Below are positions 39,521 to 49,872 of a stretch of 64,000 nt of DNA, in pieces. Where the stretch lies: NCBI GenBank assembly GCA_965263035.1, contig OZ253580.1:1248001-1312000 (forward strand), in the 5' to 3' direction. Both the position numbers and the translations under genes were made by a program. Every line of letters starts with the position of its first letter. Position 1 is the first letter of the stretch. The notes beneath the pieces are model-generated. The model had not been told where the DNA came from, ran no database searches, and was given only the letters and a program-made list of their open reading frames with translations. The stretch comes from Acidobacteriota bacterium. Its GTDB lineage: Bacteria; Acidobacteriota; UBA6911; RPQK01; JAJDTT01.

Positions 39521-41407
39521 ATGAAGCACCTGAGCTCGAGATTGGCATCCATCCTGATCTTGGCGGGATGTCCGCTCCTGGCGGGGACGGAGATCGCCGT
39601 CGACATGACCATGCCGCCCCCCGGCTGGGCCCTGATGCAGCGGGAGTTGCTGCGCACCCAGGCCGAGGCGTGCCGCAAGTTCTACAAGAAGTACTTCGAC
39701 GACCGGGGATACCTGATCTGCACCGAGCGATGGGGGGCGCTCGACGGGCCCGACGACGCCATCGAGAACCTCCGGGACTGGCCCATCCTTCATTCCCTTG
39801 GCGCCTCCGACGATGTCCTGCGAATGTACAAGAAGGCCTGGGAGGGACACCTGCGGCAATACACCCTGGCCAAAACCACCGACGTGGAGTTTGCCCGCGA
39901 CGGCATGTACTTCAAGGAGTTCCACACCAAGATGGACTGGATCCACATTGGAGAGGGGCTGGTGGTTGTGGAACAGCAGGCGCTCTCCGACCCGGAGGAC
40001 GTCCTCTTCCAGCGGCGCATCCGCCGCTTCGCCGGTCTCTATATGAACGAGGACCCCGGCGCGCCCAACTACGACTCCGAACACAAGATCATCCGCAGCC
40101 TCTTCAACGGGAGCCGGGGTCCCCTGTTGCGGGACGCGCGACCCGAGGACTGGGCCGGAGACCCCATCGAGATCGAGAACCGCTTCCAGCCTCTCCACAG
40201 CGAAAAGAACTATCAGCTCATGCTGGAGCATTTCGAAGACTACACCGACATCGTCGGCGACCACCCGTTGAACCTGTTGTCCACCAGCCTGGCCACCCAC
40301 GCCTACATGCTGAGCCACGAAGAGAAATACAAGAAGTGGGTCCTGGAGTACGTGGACGCCTGGATGGAGAGGATGGAGGCCAACGGCGGGATCATTCCCT
40401 CCAAGGTGGGATTGGACGGCAAGATCGGCGGAAAGAACGGCAAGTGGTACGACGGAGCCTATGGATGGGGGTTCACGGTCCGGGTGCCCGACACCACTAC
40501 CTACGTCAACCGCAACCAGCACGAGTATGGTCTCGTGGGTTTGACCAACGCGTTTCTGCTGACCGGCGACCGCAAGTACCTGGACGCCTGGCGGCGACAG
40601 ATCGACGTAGTAAACGCCAACTCCAAGGTGGTGGACGGCCAGACGGTCTATCCTCAGATGTACGGCGATCAGGGCTGGTACGCCTACCGGCCTCAAAAAT
40701 ACTCCGAGGGCGCTTTGGACTTGTTCTACTTCCTGATGGAGAAAAAGGAGCGCGCGCTCCTACCGAGGCGCGGCTGGCTGGATTTCCTGGAGGGGAACGA
40801 TCCGGGCTATCCCGAGCGGGCGATGCAGGACGACTTCGTCACCATCCGGGACAAGATCGAGGCCATGGGCCGGGACGAAACCACTCCCGATACCCGATTG
40901 GCCGACGATCCCATGAGGTTCAGTCCTGCCCGGGTCGGCTCCCTGGTCCATCTGATGCTTGGGGCCCTGAATCACCTGGCACACGAAACCCGTTTCCAGC
41001 TCACCTTGGTGAAGAACGCCCAGGACTACATCAATCGCGGCATGGAACACCGGAAACGGATCGGTCACCTTGGGAGCCTGCTTCACGCCCGTCTGCGTTA
41101 TTTCGACCCGGACCGGAAAAGACCCGGCATTCCTCCGGACGTGGCGGCCCTGGTGACGGAGATGTCTCCGGACCGGACCACGGTCACGCTGGTCAACGTC
41201 AATCAGCTCGAGGGGAGAACTGTCATCGTCCAGGGAGGCTCCTACGGAGAGCATCAATGCCTTTCCGCGACGGTGGAGGGAGAAGAGATCCCCATCGACG
41301 ATCCGTTCTTTCGAGTTCGGCTGGGACCGGGCGCGGGAACGACGTTGGCCATCGCCATGAAGCGTTTCGCGAATCAACCGACCCTGATGCCGCCGTGGCG
41401 CCGCTGA
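39521..41407 (+). CDS. Conserved secreted hypothetical protein
   Basis: Signal peptide, PPGWALMQRELL, WGALDGPDDAIE, HARLRYFDP, NQPTL; GC3-rich codon usage. Function not recognised. Confidence 0.7.
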   Translation: MKHLSSRLASILILAGCPLLAGTEIAVDMTMPPPGWALMQRELLRTQAEACRKFYKKYFDDRGYLICTERWGALDGPDDAIENLRDWPILHSLGASDDVLRMYKKAWEGHLRQYTLAKTTDVEFARDGMYFKEFHTKMDWIHIGEGLVVVEQQALSDPEDVLFQRRIRRFAGLYMNEDPGAPNYDSEHKIIRSLFNGSRGPLLRDARPEDWAGDPIEIENRFQPLHSEKNYQLMLEHFEDYTDIVGDHPLNLLSTSLATHAYMLSHEEKYKKWVLEYVDAWMERMEANGGIIPSKVGLDGKIGGKNGKWYDGAYGWGFTVRVPDTTTYVNRNQHEYGLVGLTNAFLLTGDRKYLDAWRRQIDVVNANSKVVDGQTVYPQMYGDQGWYAYRPQKYSEGALDLFYFLMEKKERALLPRRGWLDFLEGNDPGYPERAMQDDFVTIRDKIEAMGRDETTPDTRLADDPMRFSPARVGSLVHLMLGALNHLAHETRFQLTLVKNAQDYINRGMEHRKRIGHLGSLLHARLRYFDPDRKRPGIPPDVAALVTEMSPDRTTVTLVNVNQLEGRTVIVQGGSYGEHQCLSATVEGEEIPIDDPFFRVRLGPGAGTTLAIAMKRFANQPTLMPPWRR

Positions 41408-41432
41408 TCCGGAATCCGCAAGCGCCTCCCAG

Positions 41433-41591
41433 GAGTCTGCGCGGTAGGAATGATCGTAGCGAGAAAGTGGGGAATCGAGGCCGGATTTTCTCGATTTGGA
41501 GGTGCATAGTTGTTCTATTCGCCGAGAAATCGGGGAAATATGGACCGATTCTACCGCTTTCGCAGTAGATCAATTTCTACCGCGCAGGCTC
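41433..41591. mobile_element. MITE family 1, copy 1 (159 bp)
   Basis: Imperfect TIR GAGTCTGCGCGGTAG...CTACCGCGCAGGCTC, flanked on both sides by CCAG. Near-identical inverted copy at 52183. Confidence 0.85.
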
Positions 41592-41607
41592 CCAGGTTGC
41601 GGAACCT

Positions 41608-42669
41608 TCATCCGACGTGGCGTGCGGCAGTTCTGGTACGGGCGGCCCGCTTCCGGTCCGCCAGCCTTCCGGCCCAGAGGACGGCCTGAATCAGGCTCTG
41701 GGGATTGGCCTGTCCGGTCCACGCAATGTCGAACGCGGTACCGTGCGCCACCGACGTGCGCACCAGGGGAAGGCCGAGGGTCATGTGGATACCCCGGTCG
41801 AAGGAGATCATCTTGAAGGGGATGTGGCCCTGATCGTGATACATGGTCACCACGGCCTGGTAGCGCGAACGGACCGCGGGCACGAAGAGCGTGTCGGCCG
41901 GCAAGGGCCCTTCCACGTCCATTCCCTCCCGGCGGGCCGCCTCCACCGCGGGACGAATCACACGCTCCTCCTCGCCGGAACCGAAGAGCCCGCCTTCCCC
42001 CGCGTGGGGATTGAGTCCTGAAACCGCCAACCGCGGCGTCTCGCCGTGCAGGTTCACCACCGCATCCCGAGTGAGCCGTATGGCCTCCAACACCCGAGCC
42101 GTCGTGAGTTCGCTGGGAACTCGCTCGACGCCGACGTGGCCCGTGACCATGCTGACCCGCAACTCGTCCGAAGCCAACATCATGTAGACCGCAGGTGAGC
42201 GGGTGACCGCGGCCAGGTAGTCGGTATGCCCCGCAAAGGGGATTCCGCCGGTTTGCAGGGCCTGCTTGTTGATGGGGCCCGTGGCCAGAGCCGCGAATTC
42301 GCCGTTCAGGGTTCTGGTGGTGGCTGCCTCCAGGTACCGAAAGGCGGCGCGGCCGCACGATGCCTGGATCCGGCCCGGACGAATTCGGTAAGCCTCCAAC
42401 CCTCCCAGATCCACCACGGCGGGAAAGGACTCGGGAAGATCCAGGAGCTCCTGCCCCTCGGTCACGACCCGATCCGGCCTGGGAAACCGGCAGCGGTGGG
42501 CGACGCGGGCCAACACCTCCCCGTCTCCGAACACGACCGGGATGCAGCGCTCAAGCACCTGCGGGTCGGCCAGCAGCCGTAGACAGATCTCAGGCCCGAT
42601 CCCGGCCGGATCTCCCATGGTGACCGCCACCCGCGGCCGCTGATTGGAAGCTGGAAAGTCCCTGCTCAC
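41608..42669 (-). CDS. pdxA: 4-hydroxythreonine-4-phosphate dehydrogenase family
   Basis: TMGDPAGIGPE, GHTDYL, LNPHAGE, MYHDQG, RTSVAHGTAFDIA. Confidence 0.9.
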   Translation of the reverse strand: MSRDFPASNQRPRVAVTMGDPAGIGPEICLRLLADPQVLERCIPVVFGDGEVLARVAHRCRFPRPDRVVTEGQELLDLPESFPAVVDLGGLEAYRIRPGRIQASCGRAAFRYLEAATTRTLNGEFAALATGPINKQALQTGGIPFAGHTDYLAAVTRSPAVYMMLASDELRVSMVTGHVGVERVPSELTTARVLEAIRLTRDAVVNLHGETPRLAVSGLNPHAGEGGLFGSGEEERVIRPAVEAARREGMDVEGPLPADTLFVPAVRSRYQAVVTMYHDQGHIPFKMISFDRGIHMTLGLPLVRTSVAHGTAFDIAWTGQANPQSLIQAVLWAGRLADRKRAARTRTAARHVG

Positions 42670-42778
42670 GCCTTCCGTCCCCTGTCACGCTCAGGTCGTT
42701 GACTCACAGAGGTTTTCGTCCAATGGAAGTCAACCCCGATGGCATTTCAATCTGAGGATGATAGCAGAACGCCGGGGG

Positions 42779-44065
42779 TCAACGGTTCCGCGTTGGCATA
42801 CCGCTTCGGGTCGTCAGGCGGTTTCCGGCGCGGCCCAGAACTTCTTCCGCGTTCCGGCCCCAGAGGGCCTCGATCTCGGGGTTCAGGTCGTACATCCACC
42901 TCACCAGTTCCTCGGTGGAGGCGCGCCGTTTGGACCGGATGCGGCGGGAGCCCTTCAGATGAGGGGACAGCGCCCGAGCCAAATCGGCGCTGAAGTAGAC
43001 GGCACCCCGATGGGACAGATGATGTCCATCCACGAACAGGTCCGGGTCGCTGTAATCGCGGCTTGCGCGGAGAATATCCACCTGCTCCCGGGCCGCCAAT
43101 GCCTCCAGGCGAGCCTGGTTCCGGGACATGACCGGACCGTGGACTCGGCGGAAGCTGTCGTGGACCGGCATGATGAGAAGAAGTGGCGTGATCCCCTGGC
43201 TGCGGCACGCCTCAAACAGCCCCACCAGGTTCTCCTCGTCCAGGAGAGTCTCCTCGTCGAAACGGGCGCGTTTGAAAAACCCCCCGGGCGTGTGGCCGTC
43301 ATAGGGTTGGGGACCCCAGCCGCAGGCGGTCTTGAAGCCGGACCGCCGCTCCAGATCCTTGAAGTGAACCGGAGTGGTTCGGGGGTCCCCCGCATCCCGA
43401 TAGCAGTCATCCAGGAACCAACAACCCAGATCGGGAAGCAGTTCCTGCTCGATCAGGTCTCGCCGGTAACGAAACAGGGAGAGGCGGTAGGAGAGAAAGC
43501 GGCTGACGAAACCCTCGACGGCGTCCCCCCCGGAGGCAGGCGCATGTTCCAGTCGATAGGCCAGAGATTCCCGGTAACGATCGATGAGCTTCCAGAGCTT
43601 GTGCTTCTGCAGCGGCCAGTCGGGACTGACCCCGAAAACCAGGAATTCGGGACGGATCTCGATATCCAGGAGATGGGGAAGAAACGCCTCCCGGGCGAAC
43701 CGGGCCACCTGGGAGCCTGTCCCGAAGTTGAACAGGGTCTGGTGGGGGACTCCCAGGGTGCGGGCCACCACTTCGGGGACGATTCCGTTCTTGGTGCGCG
43801 AATCTCCGGTGAATATGATTCTGGGAGGGGTGGAATACGCCTTGAGCAGTGCGTTTCGCCGGGTCACCCGCGGGTCGTGGTAGGGCAGGAGCTCCATATC
43901 GAACTGGGGCAGAACCAGCACCCTCCGATTCATCTCCAACAGAATGAAATCGGCCGCGATCAGGGCCAGCACCAGGCCGAGCAATATCTTGAGGAGGCGC
44001 TTGGCAAGGCCGGGCAGGTTCCTGTTCCGGCCCCTGAGCGCGGTCACCAATGGATCTTCAACCAT
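42779..44065 (-). CDS. Membrane-anchored SGNH-like (AlgJ/DltD-type) protein
   Basis: N-terminal TM segment, GDSR, FVDGHHL (DxxH); downstream of MBOAT. Confidence 0.62.
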   Translation of the reverse strand: MVEDPLVTALRGRNRNLPGLAKRLLKILLGLVLALIAADFILLEMNRRVLVLPQFDMELLPYHDPRVTRRNALLKAYSTPPRIIFTGDSRTKNGIVPEVVARTLGVPHQTLFNFGTGSQVARFAREAFLPHLLDIEIRPEFLVFGVSPDWPLQKHKLWKLIDRYRESLAYRLEHAPASGGDAVEGFVSRFLSYRLSLFRYRRDLIEQELLPDLGCWFLDDCYRDAGDPRTTPVHFKDLERRSGFKTACGWGPQPYDGHTPGGFFKRARFDEETLLDEENLVGLFEACRSQGITPLLLIMPVHDSFRRVHGPVMSRNQARLEALAAREQVDILRASRDYSDPDLFVDGHHLSHRGAVYFSADLARALSPHLKGSRRIRSKRRASTEELVRWMYDLNPEIEALWGRNAEEVLGRAGNRLTTRSGMPTRNR

Positions 44066-44129
44066 ACGACTCCTTTGCCTGAATCGGATTATATCCCGCC
44101 CATCGAACCCTTCCCTCCGGATCTTGAGG

Positions 44130-45545
44130 TCAGAACTGGAAGTAGATGAAACTCGCCTGACCTCCGGCAAACAGATAGAGCACCAGCAGACCTCCCAACA
44201 TGGTCCAGCTCCAGCTCAAGGACCGCGACGACGCCAGCCGACGGGACAGGCGGCCCACTCGATAGCTGAGGACGTGGATCAAGGCGAACGCCGCGATCAG
44301 GAAGAGGGCCAAGGGGTGGCTGTCGATCAGTGCTGAGAGGCCGGCGGAGGTGAAATCCCAGAAAATCATCTTCTTAACGTAGAAAGCCAGCTTGCCCAGG
44401 TCGGAGAGAATGAAGATCAGCCAGCCGATGCAGGTGAGATAGAAGGTCCCCAGGATCTTCAGGGGGTCCCAGATCCGGGACCCGGATGCCGGCCGCCGCC
44501 AGATCAGGACTTTGTGAAGAATGAGGAGAATCCCCTGATACAGACCCCAGAGAACGAAGTGCCACGCGGCGCCGTGCCAGAGTCCGCCCAGGAGCATGGT
44601 CACCAGCAGGTTCACCAACTGGCGCGGCCGGCCCTTCCGGTTCCCACCCAGGGGAATGTAGAGGTAGTCCCGGAGCCAGCTGGAGAGGCTGATGTGCCAC
44701 CGTTTCCAGAATTCGGTGATGTTGCGGGAAAAATAGGGGAAGTTGAAATTGTCGGGGAAACGAAAGCCCAGAACCCGGGCCGAACCGATGGCGATGTCGG
44801 TGTATCCCGAGAAGTCGCAGTAGATCTGGATGGCGAAGGCGGCGATGCCCAGGAACACGGCCAGCGAATCCCGGGTCAGATCCCCGTGGAAGACCGTCTC
44901 GACGAATTCCGACAGGTTGTCCGCAACACAGACCTTCTTGATGAGCCCGTAGAGGATCAGCGTCGATCCGAACCGGATCTGGTCCCAGTTGACCATGGGC
45001 ATCCGGACGAGCTGGGGCAGGAAATGGCGTGCCCGGACGATGGGACCGGCCACCAGTTGGGGAAAGAAGGAGACGTAGAGGGCGAACTGCCGTATGGAGT
45101 CCACAGGCTTCAGCTTGCCGAAGTAGATGTCGAGCGTGTAGCTCATGCTCTGGAAGGTGTAGAAGGAGATCCCGATAGGCAGGAAGATCTCCCATCCCGA
45201 GAGCCGGACGCCGAAGCCCAGGCTACCGAACAGGGCTTCCAGGCTGGAAAAGGCGAAGTTGGTGTACTTGAAGTATGCCAGGACCCCCAGGTTGCCGGCG
45301 ATGCTGCAGGCCAGGAAGATTCGGCGGGTCCGCAATCGGGTCGAATTGCCGATGGCCCGGCCGCAGTAGAAATCGAGGAAGCTGGAATAGAGGAGCAGGA
45401 GGACGAACCAGGTCGACGACACCCAGTAGAAGTAGTAGCTGGCCAACAGCAGGAACACATGCTGGAAACGGCGCCTGCGGACCGAGTCGGTGACCAGGAG
45501 CACCAGCAGGAAGAAGAGGATGTAGTGGAAGCTGTTGAAGAGCAT
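44130..45545 (-). CDS. MBOAT O-acyltransferase (AlgI/DltB family)
   Basis: LPIGISFYTFQSMSY, FPQLVAGPI, DFSGYTD, FWKRWHISLS, GLWHGA. Confidence 0.92.
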   Translation of the reverse strand: MLFNSFHYILFFLLVLLVTDSVRRRRFQHVFLLLASYYFYWVSSTWFVLLLLYSSFLDFYCGRAIGNSTRLRTRRIFLACSIAGNLGVLAYFKYTNFAFSSLEALFGSLGFGVRLSGWEIFLPIGISFYTFQSMSYTLDIYFGKLKPVDSIRQFALYVSFFPQLVAGPIVRARHFLPQLVRMPMVNWDQIRFGSTLILYGLIKKVCVADNLSEFVETVFHGDLTRDSLAVFLGIAAFAIQIYCDFSGYTDIAIGSARVLGFRFPDNFNFPYFSRNITEFWKRWHISLSSWLRDYLYIPLGGNRKGRPRQLVNLLVTMLLGGLWHGAAWHFVLWGLYQGILLILHKVLIWRRPASGSRIWDPLKILGTFYLTCIGWLIFILSDLGKLAFYVKKMIFWDFTSAGLSALIDSHPLALFLIAAFALIHVLSYRVGRLSRRLASSRSLSWSWTMLGGLLVLYLFAGGQASFIYFQF

Positions 45546-45563
45546 CTCAGCCGGCGGCGGGAA

Positions 45564-46595
45564 TCACGGGATCCCAGGCCACGATTCCATGGGGTCGGTG
45601 GACCGGACCACATGCATTCCGGCGTCGGCGAACCGGCGGAAGGCGGCTGTGGCGTCCTTCGTGTAGTCGACGACGCCGGGGACCACCACCGGCGAGGTGC
45701 AATCCTCCAGCAGGTAGACCGTTTCGGCGAAATTCGCCGGACCGGCCGAGCACTCTTCCAGAAGATGATCCACGGTCCAGGCCACGCAGTGGCTCTTGGC
45801 CTGTCCCGCCACGATGACCACGTCGAACGTCATGAGGGACTCCAGCAAGGTCCGGTTCTTCTCGCCGATGGGAGCGCCGTCGGCTCCCTCCATCACTTCC
45901 GGACCCAGAACCGAGTAGTGCTCCGTCAAGGGCGAGTCTCCCTTGACCTGGAAATCGGGCTGACTCTGGCGGCAGACGCTGTGAAAGAAGATGGCCTCCT
46001 CCAAAGACGACACCAAGGCATGACCGATCCCGCCCAACAGGCCATGGTAGGGCCAGACGGTGAGTTGGTAGTGGCCTTCTTCCTGAAGCCGGCTCACGTA
46101 GTGAAGGAGATGAGCCTGGCCGGTCTCCGGATCCATGCCGATCTGGGAGCAGGCGGCCGGATTGATTCGCCAGAGTCCCCGGCGCACGTCCTCGGGTGAG
46201 ACGACGGTGTACGGATCGGGGTGCTCTCCGGCCTCGTTGATCAGAAACAGGGGATGGAAGATCTGCACCGGACGGTGCGTGTCCAGGGTCGGACAGATCC
46301 GGGTGATGACGCCCAGATTTCGATAGAGAAACCGGCACAGCCGCCGGTTGTCCTCCACCGAAGCCCGCCCGGATGCTCCCGCCACGAAGAGCTCGAATCC
46401 GGGAATGCAAAAGGTGTTCTGCACGTCCACGGCCACCAGACAGACCCGGATACGATCCTGGGCGGCAGGTGTGACGCCGCAACGGACTCTCCACTCCCCG
46501 GCTTCCCGGGCTCTCTCCTGATAGGGAACGCGCCAAACCTGATCGACCCGGTCAGGATCGAAGTGGGGGGGGGCCGGAAGTTGGGGCCAGGGCAT
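45564..46595 (-). CDS. Isochorismatase/nicotinamidase-like cysteine hydrolase
   Basis: [37 protein letters not shown]. Confidence 0.82.
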   Translation of the reverse strand: MPWPQLPAPPHFDPDRVDQVWRVPYQERAREAGEWRVRCGVTPAAQDRIRVCLVAVDVQNTFCIPGFELFVAGASGRASVEDNRRLCRFLYRNLGVITRICPTLDTHRPVQIFHPLFLINEAGEHPDPYTVVSPEDVRRGLWRINPAACSQIGMDPETGQAHLLHYVSRLQEEGHYQLTVWPYHGLLGGIGHALVSSLEEAIFFHSVCRQSQPDFQVKGDSPLTEHYSVLGPEVMEGADGAPIGEKNRTLLESLMTFDVVIVAGQAKSHCVAWTVDHLLEECSAGPANFAETVYLLEDCTSPVVVPGVVDYTKDATAAFRRFADAGMHVVRSTDPMESWPGIP

Positions 46596-46605
46596 GCGAG
46601 CGGTT

Positions 46606-46881
46606 TCAGCGATTGTAACCGGTCTCTTCGTACCACTCGGCGTTGATCTCAAGGTAGTGTTCCCACTCCTCGGGAACTTCGTCGTCAGGAAAGATGGCCT
46701 CGACCGGGCACTCGGGAACACAGGCGCCGCAATCGATGCACTCCACCGGGTCGATGTAGAGCATGGTGGCCTCGGTGAACTCGACTTCATCCGCGCGGGG
46801 ATGGATGCAATCGACCGGACAGGAATCCACGCAGGCCGTGTCCTTGGTTCCGATACAGGGCTCAGCGATGACGAAGGTCAT
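46606..46881 (-). CDS. 7Fe/4Fe-4S dicluster ferredoxin
   Basis: [11 protein letters not shown]...[16 protein letters not shown]. Confidence 0.92.
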   Translation of the reverse strand: MTFVIAEPCIGTKDTACVDSCPVDCIHPRADEVEFTEATMLYIDPVECIDCGACVPECPVEAIFPDDEVPEEWEHYLEINAEWYEETGYNR

Positions 46882-47036
46882 GATTTCCTCCCTCGAAGAC
46901 GCTACCCAATTTAACGGAAAAAGAATCCAGGTCAAGCGGAGCGGCGGCTTTCCAGGCACCGATTGGGGTGGGGAATGGGAGAAACTTCAAGTCCCCCTTC
47001 TCAGTCCCATCCAGTTTCTCCCCCGGGCGAATGCGG

Positions 47037-47065
47037 TGTCGAGTCACGTCACGGACTGCTAGAAT
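47037..47065 (+). promoter_or_regulatory. Putative sigma70 promoter of the WYL operon (possibly leaderless)
   Basis: TGTCGA-N17-TAGAAT ending 8 nt before GTG 47074; no SD visible. Confidence 0.45.
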
Positions 47066-47073
47066 ACCACGCA

Positions 47074-48045
47074 GTGAACCGCACCGAACGCCTTCTGGAC
47101 TTGATCGCCTACCTCCTCAACTCCAGCGACCCGGTCTCCTGGAGAGAGATCAAGAACCACTTCCCGGAAGACTATTCCCGAGGCGTCGAGGAGTCGAATC
47201 AGCGAAAATTCGAGCGCGACAAGGCCGAGCTCATCACCTTGGGGATTCCCATCGACTACAAGAGCGGCGCCGAGGTGTCCAAAGAGGGCTACGGCATCCG
47301 GGAGGACAAGCTCTTCCTTCGTGAAATCAAGTTCGATCCCACCGAGTCCTCCTTGCTGATGCTTTCGGCGGAGGCCGTCCGGGACAATTCAAACTTTCCC
47401 TACCAGGCGCAGCTGAAATCGGCTCTCTACAAGATCATCAGCGTCAGTCAGGTGACCCCTCCGCCTCCCGAATTGAAGATCTCCTTTCCCAACGGGGGAA
47501 AAACCGGAAAATGGCCGAACCTGGTGCATCAGATCCGGGAAGCCTTGGAGCGGAAAAAGAGTGTCGAGATCGAGTACTACGCCTTCTCCACGCGCGAGAC
47601 GACCCGGCGCAAGGTCGATCCTTACGGCCTGATCTTGAGGAGGGGCCACTGGACGCTCGTGGGTTGGGACCACCTGCGGCAGGGGCTTCGATGCTTCGTC
47701 CTCGCCCGCATGAGCGAGGTCACCGTCAACCGGAGGCGCCCCGGGAGTCCCGACTACACGATTCCCAGTGGATTCACCTTGAAGCCGTACCAGAACCAAC
47801 AACCCTGGGAACTGGCCATCCACGAGCCGGTTCGGGTTTCGGTGGAGATTTCCGAACACCGGTTGCCCGAACTGCTCCCCCAGTTGAACCGCGCCGTTCC
47901 CAGGGGTGAGAACCGCTTCGACATCGAGGTGACCAATCGGTCCGGTTTCGTCTCCTGGGTTCTGGAACTGAAGACCGATGCCCGGGTTCTGGCTCCGGCG
48001 GAGATTCGAAACGAGATCTACCGGACGCTCCAAAATCTGTTATGA
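47074..48045 (+). CDS. PafB-like wHTH-WYL-WCX transcriptional regulator
   Basis: RTERLLDLIAYLL, QRKFERDKAEL..LGIPI, RKVDPYGL, WTLVGWD, RCFVLARM. Confidence 0.82.
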   Translation: MNRTERLLDLIAYLLNSSDPVSWREIKNHFPEDYSRGVEESNQRKFERDKAELITLGIPIDYKSGAEVSKEGYGIREDKLFLREIKFDPTESSLLMLSAEAVRDNSNFPYQAQLKSALYKIISVSQVTPPPPELKISFPNGGKTGKWPNLVHQIREALERKKSVEIEYYAFSTRETTRRKVDPYGLILRRGHWTLVGWDHLRQGLRCFVLARMSEVTVNRRRPGSPDYTIPSGFTLKPYQNQQPWELAIHEPVRVSVEISEHRLPELLPQLNRAVPRGENRFDIEVTNRSGFVSWVLELKTDARVLAPAEIRNEIYRTLQNLL

Positions 48046-49010
48046 ACGTCGCGGACCGAATCAACCGGATACTGCTCATCCTGAGCTACGTCACCCAGAA
48101 CCAGGGGATCTGGTTGGACGATCTGGCCCGCCGCGTGGAGATGCGTCCCCAGGAACTGTTGAAGGAGCTTGAGTTCATGCTCCTCATCGGGAAGCCTCCC
48201 TTTCGCCCCGACGATTATGTGGACATCTACGTGGAGGACCGGCGCGTCTACGTCGAGTTCGACCAGATGTTGAACCGTCCATTGCGCTTCACCAGACCGG
48301 AAGCGGTGGCGTTGCTGGTCTCTCTCCAGTTGTTGGACCCGGAAGTTGACCCCGCGGCCGTCGAGTCTCTGAAGAGAAAGATCCGACAGGCCATTGCCCG
48401 TTCGGAGGACACCCGTTCCCGGATCGAGAATCGAGTCGTCGTGGACCGGCCGTCCCGTCCCGTCTCGGAACACTTTGCGCTCTTGCGCCAAGCCGTCGAG
48501 GAACATTTCAAGGTGCGGATCGATTATTTCTCTCTGACCCGAAACGAGACTTTGAGCCGCAAGGTTCGCCCCTACTACCTGACCAAACGTCTGGGCTACT
48601 GGTACCTGGAGGGCTACTGCGAGCTCCGGCGTGACGTTCGGACCTTCAAGTTCGATCGGGTCCTGGCGGTGGACCTGTTGAACGACTCCTTCTCCCGCCC
48701 CGAGGGCGTGGACGTGCGCGAAGACGGAAACAACTTCCTGCGGTTTGCAGGCGATCGCAAGATGCGGGTCTATTTCGACGCGGACGTGGCTCCCTGGATC
48801 AAGGAGCAATGGGGGGATTCGGTGGAACCGGGGGAAGACGATGGCGTGGTCCTTACCCTGGAGAGTGAGACCCTGGAGTTCCCTTCCCGCCTGATTCTGA
48901 GGTTTGCGCCGCACGCCCGGCCCTTGAGCCCTCCCGAGCTGATCGAGAAGGTCCGGAGCGATGCCAGGAAGGTATTGGACCTGTACGATACGCCGGTTTC
49001 GGCTTCATGA
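48042..49010 (+). CDS. PafC-like wHTH-WYL-WCX transcriptional regulator
   Basis: RINRILLILSY, GKPPFRPDDYVDI, RPLRFTRPEA, WYLEGYC, RTFKFDRV. ATGA overlap with the upstream gene. Confidence 0.82.
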   Translation: MNVADRINRILLILSYVTQNQGIWLDDLARRVEMRPQELLKELEFMLLIGKPPFRPDDYVDIYVEDRRVYVEFDQMLNRPLRFTRPEAVALLVSLQLLDPEVDPAAVESLKRKIRQAIARSEDTRSRIENRVVVDRPSRPVSEHFALLRQAVEEHFKVRIDYFSLTRNETLSRKVRPYYLTKRLGYWYLEGYCELRRDVRTFKFDRVLAVDLLNDSFSRPEGVDVREDGNNFLRFAGDRKMRVYFDADVAPWIKEQWGDSVEPGEDDGVVLTLESETLEFPSRLILRFAPHARPLSPPELIEKVRSDARKVLDLYDTPVSAS

Positions 49011-49231
49011 ATGCCGCTGCCTGTCGCCGATTCCGGATCAATAACCCGCTACTTCCACCAAGGGGCACGATGATCGCACCAGATTTTCGCTTCCAGTACG
49101 TCTCCGGCACAGTCGGCTCCCGGGAGACTTCGATAGAATACCGGTGGTGGACTGATGATCATCATGCACTCGGCGACCCACCGAGAAATGCGGGGTAGAA
49201 GGCAACCCGAACAAGGATGGAGAGTGTCGTC

Positions 49232-49792
49232 ATGAAGAAAACAGCGCGAAGAGGGGTGGTGCCGATCTGGATGGTTCTCCTGGCTCTGTCCTGCGGACCG
49301 GTTTCCGACGAGGACGCCTCGACCGGGTCCGAAGCGGCAATGGAGGCCGACCCTGGCCTGGCCGCGGCCGCCATTCTCCATCCCACCGAAGGAAACGCCA
49401 CCGAGGGAATCGTTGCCTTCGAGGAGATGGGCGGTGGAATTCACGTCATGGCTCACGTGACCGGACTGGAGCCGGGCCGATACGGTCTGCATGTTCACGA
49501 GATGGGAGACTGCAGTTCGGGGGACGGGACGAGCGCAGGCGCTATCTTCGACCCCGAAGGATCCGGCTCGGGAACTCCCGCCGGTCAATTGGGCGAGATC
49601 GAAGCCGACGAAAGCGGCATGGCCCACTTCATGACCGATGTGCAGCAGATCGCTTTGTCGGAGGGTCCTCGATCCGTGGTCGGCCGCTCGATAGTGATCA
49701 TGACGGTAGGAGGAGAGGCCATCACATCCCTGGCCTGCGGGGTCATCGAACCCCAGGCGCCGGGCGCCATGCGGGAGGGGTCGGGATACTGA
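49232..49792 (+). CDS. Cu/Zn superoxide dismutase-like lipoprotein lacking most metal ligands
   Basis: Lipobox LALSC, GLHVHEMGDC, SAG, GRSIVI, ACGVI. Start could be 49217. Confidence 0.75.
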   Translation: MKKTARRGVVPIWMVLLALSCGPVSDEDASTGSEAAMEADPGLAAAAILHPTEGNATEGIVAFEEMGGGIHVMAHVTGLEPGRYGLHVHEMGDCSSGDGTSAGAIFDPEGSGSGTPAGQLGEIEADESGMAHFMTDVQQIALSEGPRSVVGRSIVIMTVGGEAITSLACGVIEPQAPGAMREGSGY

Positions 49793-49872
49793 TCCCGGAT
49801 TCTCCTGGTCTCGGCCCCGATCTGGAGAATCTGCCCGACTCGATAACCAGCGGACTATTCCGTCTCAGGCTG

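Noticed and set aside
38266-41568. 1100-aa plus-strand ORF
   Set aside because: R/P/G-rich alternative frame overlapping two better-supported genes.
47037-47065. TGTCGA as a PafBC box
   Set aside because: Spacing to the -10 element is 17 nt, not the 10 nt of the mycobacterial motif, so it fits an ordinary -35.
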